Source: Octopus bimaculoides (taxonomy: Eukaryota). From it: a DNA stretch of 44,782 nt. The DNA lies in the NCBI RefSeq assembly GCF_001194135.2, contig NC_068983.1, positions 92,551,527-92,596,308 of the forward strand, written 5' to 3'. Position numbers and translations under genes: made by a program. This document shows, piece after piece, positions 35,602 to 44,782 of the stretch. The notes below the pieces were generated by a model. That model was not told where the DNA came from, did no database searches, and worked only from the letters and a program-made list of their open reading frames with translations. Within the stretch, counting starts at the first letter, position 1. Each line of letters begins with the position of its first letter.

Positions 35602-37852
35602 CTAGCAGAAGTGCCCGGCATTGCTCGGGGCTTAATTGCTTTAAAGTACCGTTAATGATTCTACACAATTATGATTATTGAGGCAAAGATTGCTATAAGT
35701 TGACAACCAACCAATCGATTTACAACTGGACAGAAAGCCCTGCCAAGAGCATTGCAACACTCTAAGAAGGGGTAACAATAGAATGTGAGGTGACCCTGAA
35801 AAGGCTGTTTTATTGTTCTCACAATTGTAACAATGTCTTAGGTAGTCATGTAAGGGTGTGTAAAACGTTCACAAGTGAATACGGCATCTTCCTTTTCCAT
35901 CAATGGCAGTGGACATGCTGTTGCAAAAGTTCATGGTCTGTGAAAACAGAATAGATGCCCTATGGAGGAAAGAGGGGGATTAATCATGGGTTAATAAATA
36001 CGGGTAAGTTTGAAAATATACAACAATAGCATCTACTCACCATATGTCAGATGGGCAAGACTGTAGTGGTGCTGAATAGATGAATCAGAACACGTGTCTC
36101 GTCAAGATGTGTAAAATAACCTGTTGCTTTAGAATAGTTTGTATTTGATGTAAAATGTAATGGTGTAAAATATGATGGTGAGAGAGAGGACGTATGTATT
36201 TAGTTTTATTGACTGTTTAAGTTTTGTTATTTTATGTAAATTGTAATGGTGTGTAAGAGATAGTTACTTTTTCATGTAATTATTTTAATGCATTTGTTTC
36301 ATTGATCGTCGTTATGATTACATTTGTTGTTGTATGAAATGATATGTTGCTTGGTTTTCAAATGGTATCTTGCGATAATGTTGCCGATGTAGTAAACTGT
36401 AATGGTGAGAGAGGAGTTGGAAGGGGGAGATGTATCATGTATGTCGGATGTAGAAGATGAGGCTGCTGTACTGACGAAGTGAGTGAAATAGAACTGAGCA
36501 GAGTGCAGGTGTTGGTGAAGTGTGAAGTAATTGCAGGGAACCACCTAAAAATGTAAATCTCATTATAAAACATTGTTGACTCTTTGAGAGTCATACAGAA
36601 TTGAAATATTAATCTGTCCATCGTCCTGACTGATGCCTGCCCAATGGGTGTTGGTGAGTAACAACAGGTGATTTTTGAGCAGGGTCTGATTTGTAATGAA
36701 GTTTTGTAACGCCGCGAGAATCATCGTTTTTACGGCTGATATTTGGGAGTGTCAAGTGCACTGCAATGAATATGAACCTACACCTACTTAGAAATTACTG
36801 ACGAAAAGTAAGAAATTTAAAAAATTGTTTAGATTAATAAAATTAGGAATCGAAGTAATCCTATAAAACCTCCTTGTACACAATGTTTTTTGTTTTTCCT
36901 TGTGGAACAAACGCAAAAGCATCACTCTTGCTGCCCACACGCGAGCAGCCAACGTAAAGCTGACCATGAGAGAAACATGGCTCCCCTAAATGTATTCCCG
37001 CGACAGACAGTGTTTGCCCCTGTGTTTTGTTAATTGACATTGCGAAGCATGGCCTCACTGGGAACTGGGACCTCCGAAATGTGAAAGGTAGTTGTTGTTG
37101 TTGTTGTTATGTTGGTGAAGGACGGTGTTAGGAATGAGAAGTGAAGTTAAAATTCAGGCCAATGATAATGAGGTCATTGGTAACCATAGGTACATAAGTG
37201 ACAGGTATTTGCATGTATCTGTGTATCTGTATGTAAGTGTATAGGTGGCATTTCATGTGCCAAATAAAGGGTGAAAGTTGTTATAGAAAGAGGAAATGAC
37301 ATTGTGTTACAGGGGAAAATGATTATGTATGTATTTTTATGGATTTTATTCGTAATTGGGAGTTATTTTGAGAGAGAAACTGAGTGTATGACTTAAGGGA
37401 TTGTATTTACGAAATGAAATCCAAATATTTCATCAAGTAAAGTTGGACACCGTTTGTATTGAATGAAATGTTCGACTGTTAGTGTGAAAGTGACTTGTAC
37501 AGAGAAATTGTGTTGGAAAGTACGCATGTGTATGTATATGTGTGTATTTACGTAGGATTTGTATTGTGTCTGTTTCTTTTACTGTCAGTGTTTCTCCTTC
37601 CTTTCTTTTTGTATTTGTTGTTGGATCGTTCGTAAAGGTTCATAAGAGAAAGTAGGAGTTGAAAGGATATGGCCAATAATAAATAAATAAAGTGACAGGT
37701 GTTTGTATGTATGTGATTAAATGTGTTTTTAAAAAGAATTTGAAAAAACTCACAGTTTGACTGTTTTCCTAGTGTTTCTGCTTCCTTTCTTGTTGAATAT
37801 TTTGTTGGATTGTTCGTAAAGGTTCATAATAGAAAGTAGCAGTTGAAACGAA
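35602..37852 (-). mobile_element. Non-autonomous Helitron retaining only the PIF1-helicase C-terminus
   Basis: Minus 3' end: hairpin cccgagcaatgccggg (35614-35629), then cacttctgCTAG|T at 35602. FRRSQFPVRPCFAMSINKTQGQTL...FSHGQLYVGCSRV...KTKNIVYKEVL* (about 37100-36861). The 5' end is probably in the gap. Confidence 0.85.
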
Positions 37853-38573
37853 NNNNNNNNNNNNNNNNNNNNNNNNNNNNNNNNNNNNNNNNNNNNNNNN
37901 NNNNNNNNNNNNNNNNNNNNNNNNNNNNNNNNNNNNNNNNNNNNNNNNNNNNNNNNNNNNNNNNNNNNNNNNNNNNNNNNNNNNNNNNNNNNNNNNNNNN
38001 NNNNNNNNNNNNNNNNNNNNNNNNNNNNNNNNNNNNNNNNNNNNNNNNNNNNNNNNNNNNNNNNNNNNNNNNNNNNNNNNNNNNNNNNNNNNNNNNNNNN
38101 NNNNNNNNNNNNNNNNNNNNNNNNNNNNNNNNNNNNNNNNNNNNNNNNNNNNNNNNNNNNNNNNNNNNNNNNNNNNNNNNNNNNNNNNNNNNNNNNNNNN
38201 NNNNNNNNNNNNNNNNNNNNNNNNNNNNNNNNNNNNNNNNNNNNNNNNNNNNNNNNNNNNNNNNNNNNNNNNNNNNNNNNNNNNNNNNNNNNNNNNNNNN
38301 NNNNNNNNNNNNNNNNNNNNNNNNNNNNNNNNNNNNNNNNNNNNNNNNNNNNNNNNNNNNNNNNNNNNNNNNNNNNNNNNNNNNNNNNNNNNNNNNNNNN
38401 NNNNNNNNNNNNNNNNNNNNNNNNNNNNNNNNNNNNNNNNNNNNNNNNNNNNNNNNNNNNNNNNNNNNNNNNNNNNNNNNNTATATATATATATATATAT
38501 ATCAATGATAATGAGGATTATTATGAAGTAGCATAGCATTACCTTTAATTCTTTTATACATACAGCTTTACAC

Positions 38574-38657
38574 AGACCAACACGTTCCAACTGCATCGAT
38601 TAGTAGCTGTTGCAATTGCAATCCTACTATAATACCGGTGCAGTTTCTTCAGGGTCT
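38574..38657 (-). ncRNA. Type I hammerhead with extended branched stem II (A13>G variant)
   Basis: agacc-CTGAAGA-aactgca-ccggtattatagtaggattgcaattgcaacagctactaatcga-tgcagtt-GGAAC-gt-GTT-ggtct. Perfect stem I and 7-bp base of stem II. Confidence 0.7.
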
Positions 38658-38776
38658 TTACTTTAATATCCTTTGATTTAACTGTTTAATGTTTTTCATT
38701 TATTTACTTTGCATTGTATGATGTAAAGTTGTTTGTAAATTTAGATGCGAACTATCTTCAATTCGAGTTTTGATTG

Positions 38777-41700
38777 TGTTGTGATGAGAGTTATGACACC
38801 CTCTTGCAAGAGATAGACCGGTCCAAGTAAAGTATAATTAGTAACGATCTGAGTGAGTTAGAGGTTCAGAGTTCGGAGACGAGTGAAGTTCATATTAGTT
38901 TGTAGTAAAGTTGCGAGGTGTTGGTTGGTTAGTTCACAAGAAATATTGATTGTTGGTTTGTAAAGAGATTTGTTAGCTCATTACATTGTTTTTACTGTTG
39001 TCTGGTTATCATATTTATTATACATAACAAATTAGATTACATCTGGCAATGAGGGTTTCAAAGTTCATGTAGGTTATTTAACAATTTCTTCATGATACAA
39101 CTTGTTGAATGATGGAAGGCCTATTAGCTTCCATAGTACAGTTGCAAAAGAAACAACAAGAGCAGCAACAGGAGTTGCAAAATCAACTACTACAGCAACA
39201 ACTACAACAACAATTATTCAAGCTATATTCAAAGGAGTTCAAAAATGAGGTAAGCTCGTTTTCGCCAGTCAGCATTTCAAACTTCATTAATGAATTCAGT
39301 TATAACCCAGAGGAGGGTATAACTTTTGCATCATACTACAGAAGGTAGAAATAGATTTTTAAGCAAGATTGCAAATCATGGTTGGATGAACAAAAAGTGA
39401 GATTGTTATTGCTCTGTTAGAGCATGAACATAACTGTAATTTCATATTGGCCCCAAAAATCCAATGAAATTTGTTTTAAAAAAACAATAGAATTACTGTC
39501 TAACATATTTGGTGATAAAACTTTTCTATTTAACACTCGAATGGAGTATTGGAATATAACAAAAAAAGGGAATGGTGATTTTATCACATACACAGGAACA
39601 GTAAACACGATGTGTTAAAGTTTTAAGCTCAAAGAACTTACACCTGAGATGTTCAAGTGTTTTATTTTCATACAAGCCCTTACAGTAAGCGAAGATACAG
39701 AAATTTGGGCAAGGAGTCTTTTTAAATTGGAACAAACAAACAAACTAAGATCTAACCTTACAGTCTGTGGCAGAAGAATGCCTAAAGGTGGTAAACCTGA
39801 AACACGATGTAGAAAAAATTAAAGAAAAAAAATCCTCAAAAATACAGATATACTGACAGGAAAAGTACAGCCAAAAAAGAGTGCCATGTCCTAATCCATG
39901 TGAGGAATATTGGGGCATACATTTCAGAAAAGACTGTCCATTTAAAAATCAAAAAATGTTACAGTTACAAAAGAATTGGTCACAAGAGTTCACACTGCAG
40001 AACAAAATTGTGAAGGTCATACATTAAAAATCCTAGAGTGTTCTCAGCAGAAACAAAAATCGACTCCCAAATAAGAAAATTGACACAAGTAAAAATAAAT
40101 GGAATACATATTAAACTTCAAATAGACACTGGAAGTGATATTTCAATAGTAAATATGGACACGTGGAAGAAAATAGGGAAACCTGTGTTGAGAAAAACGG
40201 TAAAATCTGCTTATAGTGTGATGGGTGACAAATTACATTTCATAGGCAAAATGTGAACCAATGTCACATTTCGAGGGAAAATATGCAAGGCAAAAGTCTT
40301 CATCATTAATAATGCAACCAATCTGTTTGGTACTGATTGGTTAGAATTATTCGATTTATGGGACCTCCTCATAAATCTCTATTGTAAAATTCAACTTATG
40401 ATGAAAGTAAACAAAGTTTGCTTTAGAAGCATTCAGATGTATTGAAAGATACAGAAATAATTTATTCTCAAACGTGTGATAATGCTAATAAAATAGCATG
40501 AACAGGATAAATTATCCATACATTGCAGAAAAATACGTTACATGGTTGGCTGGCTGGTAATGTATTTTTCTGCAATGTATGGATAATTTAACCTGTTCAC
40601 ACTATTTTATTAGCATTATCATGCATTTGGGAATAAATTATTTCTGTATCTTTCTATTGTAAAAATGTAAATGGTTGTCCCTCTAAAGATAATTCATCTG
40701 AAGAGTTAAGGGAAAAAATTTTTTAATGTTTCCACAAGTACTCTCGGACAAACTAGGTCTATGTACAAAGATTGAAAGCCCATGGTCCAGGATACATATT
40801 GACTATACTGGACCAGTGAATGGTGCATACTATCTAATCGTTGTAGATAGCTATACAAAGTGGCCAGAGGTATGCAGATGTAATAAACCCACAGCAAAGA
40901 CAACAATAAAGTTCCTACTCAAGTTATTTGCTTGATACAGTGTTCCAGACACATTAGTTTCAGATAATGGCACACAATTCATGAGATATGAATTAAGAAA
41001 TTTCTGCAAAATACATGCCATAAAGCACATCTTTACCCTGCCCTACCACCTGAGGTCAAATGGCGAGGTGGAAAGATTTGTCAACACGTTCAAAAGGGCT
41101 CTAAGAAAAGCTAGGAATGAGCTAGATAATGACAAGGCACTAATGAAATTTTTGAGAGTATATACAATAACTCCAAATCCAAATACTAGTTCAGGAAAGT
41201 CATCAGCAGAGTTAATGTTCATGCAGAAAATAAAATCAATCTTTGATAAATTATTCCCAGAAAAAAATACTTATAAAGGAAAAACAAAAAATACGTTTGA
41301 AGGAAATAAAAGAAATATTACAAAACATTTCAAAATTACAAAAATAGTAAAGACGGTTGGGAGGATGGCTATGTAATCAAAAGATTAGGTAACACGGTGT
41401 ATTCAATTAAAGGACAATGTTCGGAATATAAGAGACACCTTAACCAGTTAAAGATGCGACATACAGAAGAACGAAGGGTAATATCAATGGAAGTCCTCTA
41501 TGATATATTTGAAGTACAGCACCAAGAGATATTGAACTCCATAGAACTAGTTCCAGAAAACAAAAACCGATTGGACATCTGGAAGTAATACTTAAACGTA
41601 AAAGATATTAAATTTAAGAAAAAAGTGCTTAGTACAACAAAAAGAAAAAGTGTTGTGTGTAACAAGCAATACTATCTTAAAAGTCAGGCAACAATTAAAA

Positions 41701-42024
41701 TACAACAGTTAGAAAAAAAAGAGAAAAAGAGGTGCTAGAAAGAAAAAAAGAAAATAAATTCCACTTTCTCACAGTAGTCGAAACCTCAAAAAGAGAGATG
41801 TTGTGATGAGAGTTATGATGTCCCCTTTTGAGAGATAGACTGGTTCAAGTAAAGTATAAATAGTAATGATCCAAGTGAGTTAGAGGTTCAGAGTTTGGAA
41901 GACGAGTGAAGTTTACATTGGTTCACAGTGAAGTCAGAAGTTGTCAGTCGGTTAGTTCACAAGGAATATTGATTGTTGGTTCATAAAGAGATTTGTTAGT
42001 TCATTACATTATTTTTACTGTTGT
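38777..42024 (+). mobile_element. Ty3/Gypsy LTR retrotransposon, RT/RNase H deleted, decayed
   Basis: 5' LTR 38777-39041 (TG...CA), PBS tggcaatgagg (39044), gag with decayed Cys-His knuckle (about 39895-39985), protease LQIDTGSDISIV, integrase PWSRIHIDY...VVDSYTKWPEV...SDNGTQF...SNGEVERFV, purine tract aaaaagagaga, and 3' LTR 41799-42024 (truncated). Confidence 0.9.
40390..40653. mobile_element. 264-bp fold-back insertion in Gypsy pol, 11-bp TSD
   Basis: ctattgtaaaa at 40379-40389 and 40654-40664. Removing the insert restores LINLYCKNVNG. Palindrome arms at about 40444-40540 and 40556-40654. Confidence 0.75.
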
Positions 42025-44782
42025 TTAAATGTTTATTACTCATCTAAACTGAGTGAATGTGAATTTTCTCATGTGCATGCATCTCAAAGCTTGTTCCTGT
42101 CTAGAATTTATTATATTGCCCTTAGATGTAAAAATTTGGTAAAATTCATTTAAACATAGGTCACATTTTTTTAGTTCCAGGTCTGTATGGTTTGCTGTAC
42201 AAATTAATTCCTAATCGATAATATAGTCTTTGTTTCTGTCTTTAATAGACCAGATTAATTTACTAAGACTTGTTTGGAATCTTTTATTTTGGTCTCTAAA
42301 TGAACTCAAATAATTTGCCAGTCTTCTCTTGAAAATTAGTGAATTTGCAGTTATGCAACTTTACATTTATATATTACATTTTTAGTCTTACACTTATTTT
42401 TCACATAACAGGATTCCCATTTAGAACAATTGCAAAGATAATTTCTCTCAGATTTAGTTTTAATTTGATCATTAATATAAAATCAAATTTATTTCCACCA
42501 AGTTTTTTATTAGTATTTACTTTTTCAAATAACGTTATCTTTGTTCTATTTTGAGCTGAATTTTTATTCAATTCTATGCTATTAACTATGTTAAATTGGG
42601 TTTTCCTTTCAGTGACTTTTAAATTCTTTGCATTCTCTTCTATTTGAGTTTTTTTAAATTCTGTTTGACATTATTTTTCTGAATATTTACTATGCTACTC
42701 TGATTATAATAACTTTTTTGAAATTTCAATAATACTTTTACATTATGTTTTGCGATAATTTGTATAATATATTTGTTGTTACAAGCCATGTGGATCTTAT
42801 GTTTGTTAAAAATTCTATATCTATGATTTATAGGAAAATATTTTTCTATTGCTATATTGAACAATTTGGAAAAATTATAATTTACTTGTTTGCCAAATGG
42901 AATAATTAACCATAAATTAATTTTCGAGTTAAAATGATATCGTGATGTTTATGCCAGTTTTTAAAAGGAGTTTGATTGTGATCTATAATAAAGTTAGCAT
43001 TTATTTTATCGTAAATCTTTTAGTTGTTTTCATATTAAAAGAATTTGAAATTTTATTAGAGAATACTATATCCTCATTTCTATTAGCAGTATGAGAACTT
43101 TTAACTCAGATATCAACTATCTTGTAATTTTTCTTTTTGTCTGAATTTTTATGATTGTTAATTTGATTACTTTCTCCATTAAAATCACCTACTCTTGTTA
43201 TTTTATTAACTTTTCTATTTGATTTAAAATTTCCAATATTATTTTTCTTATGTGTAGATTTACTTATAGTACTAGATTTTAGATTTCTTTTATTAAAATT
43301 ATTATGTAAATGTGATTCATTATTTGACTTATTAAACTTTATTTTATCCTTATAGCCCACTTTCCTAAGTTATAGTAGTCTTTATTGAGTTTGAAAATAT
43401 TCTCATTGGCTGATAAGTTAGTTATTCTTGTGGAAATTTTCTTCATTAATGAGTTTGTTACCAATTTGGGATGATTATCTCCAATGTTTACATATTTTAT
43501 GTTTTCATTAGGTTTATGAAAGGGTTTATAAATTCCTTTGTTGATATCCGATGTAACATCTTAGAAATTAACAGTTATGTTCATCCTCTATCATTATAGA
43601 TAGGCCTATATATCTAAAGTATTTTAAAAATTTCTTTCTATATTTTTCTAACATTACAATTGTAAAAAGTGCATCATCTCTATATAAACCTCCTGCTATT
43701 TCAGGGAATTCTTTATTTAGACAAAATAATATATTAATTCCCACTAAATCTGTAACCTGTGCCAAATCTGTAGAACCCAATTAAATGTCAGACATATCCT
43801 GTGTATCTTTTATTCCAACATTTATTCTCAAATTTAATGATTGATTTTCTTGACCCTAGTTATTTTCAAAGTTTTCTTTGCAAACATCAGCACCTTATTA
43901 AGAAACATAGGGTTTATAGAAGCATAGTAATTTGAAATATCTATCTGAATAAATTTAGTTTTTTTTCTTTATTTTATATTTGTGTAAATCAGTTAATCAC
44001 TTCATATGAACTCAACCAAAGATTTAGCTTTATTATGTTCCTAAGTTTCGGTATATATTTATCTAATATTAGCAGTAAAACCCATAGTTGATTGGGTAAT
44101 TACTTTTACTGTTTATTGAGAGCCACATTGAACCTGTATGTGTGCATTTTTAGAAGAGAAAACTATATAATAACTGAAGTAGAAGAAAGATCAATATCAT
44201 ACATGAACTTATGTTTGTTTATATGACAATAAGTGAGTTGTATGTGTTATTTTATTTATCTAGCATTTCGTTGATTTTCAGTTTCAGATGCACGTCGAGC
44301 TTTCTTTCACTGTCACTGATCTGCAAGCCATATCTCATTGTTATTTTCTGATGCATGTCATGTGTTTGTTTGGTACTCATCTTGTGATGGTCTTTTTTTA
44401 TGAGACATTTTTTTGATAATAAATATCAGTAAGTAACAGTGAAATGAAATTCAGACGCTATGTTACAGTAATGCAAGGAAAATAGGTATATCATATAGAA
44501 GAATAGCATAAGTGTTATATGGACTGTTAGATATGTAATTCGTCTGACGTTCCGTGTGTCATGTGGTTCGTCTGAGTTCATTGTTTCATTGTTGTTGTCT
44601 TGTGGGACTGTCGTAGTAAAATGTCATTGATATATATATGGCGGACATGACTTTTGTTTATTCATAACGAACATTGGGTGAGTGCGTTCTTTGTATGTAA
44701 TTGAACAATAAATGTAATAATTAAATTGTATAACTCGTTATGTTATCTCTGCGAGTCAGTCCGAGGGAAACATAACAATAAG

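Larger units (their letters stand above)
38500..44250 (-). mobile_element. Penelope-like element (same family as 1785-3715) with RT, linker, GIY-YIG and pLTR; split by the Gypsy insertion
   Basis: QIDISNYYASI (RT motif A), MGSTDLAQVTDLVG...GGLYRDDALF (ORF 43568-43780) and FNIAIEKYFPINH. GIY-YIG remnant at 42060-42400. 38500-38776 continues the homology to 3445-3715. Confidence 0.85.

Noticed and set aside
39109-39348. Poly-Q host protein
   Set aside because: It lies right after the LTR and PBS and is the N-terminus of Gypsy gag.
44500-44782. Hammerhead at the 5' side of the minus-strand PLE (cagacga...ggaacgtc)
   Set aside because: It lacks both an intact CUGANGA and GAAA, and no stems can be drawn.

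Overview
Eukaryotic, AT-rich, repeat-saturated genomic DNA from a gapped draft assembly (ten N-runs). The SINE/LINE repertoire and (CAT)n/(AAT)n/(CA)n tails look like an octopod cephalopod; this is an inference from recalled repeat families, not a search result. The only host-gene signal is two or three small + strand exons (18838-18868 tentative, 23938-24034, 30370-30426). They splice in frame to give ...SEKPTEGMSFTEKQKYFEREIQHQASGVPRQPTKQFSYLSEHEVARMKQYE, resembling the conserved C-terminal motifs of Scribble, so most of the window is probably scrib intron. The rest is decayed, often nested transposons: four Penelope-like (PLE, GIY-YIG) pieces of two types, RTE, CR1-like and L1/Tx1 LINE fragments, a mariner, two hAT remnants, a Helitron, an internally deleted Gypsy LTR element, a MITE with a telomeric-repeat palindrome, and many tRNA-derived SINEs. 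No TE ORF is intact. The most unusual signal is a set of at least seven type I hammerhead ribozyme motifs. One is near-intact and present on both strands of a fold-back, and one has a very long stem II that can be rebuilt from two PLE copies. Several sit in or near short fold-back insertions, two of which have 11-13 bp target duplications. This suggests PLE-mobilised, ribozyme-carrying non-autonomous retroelements.
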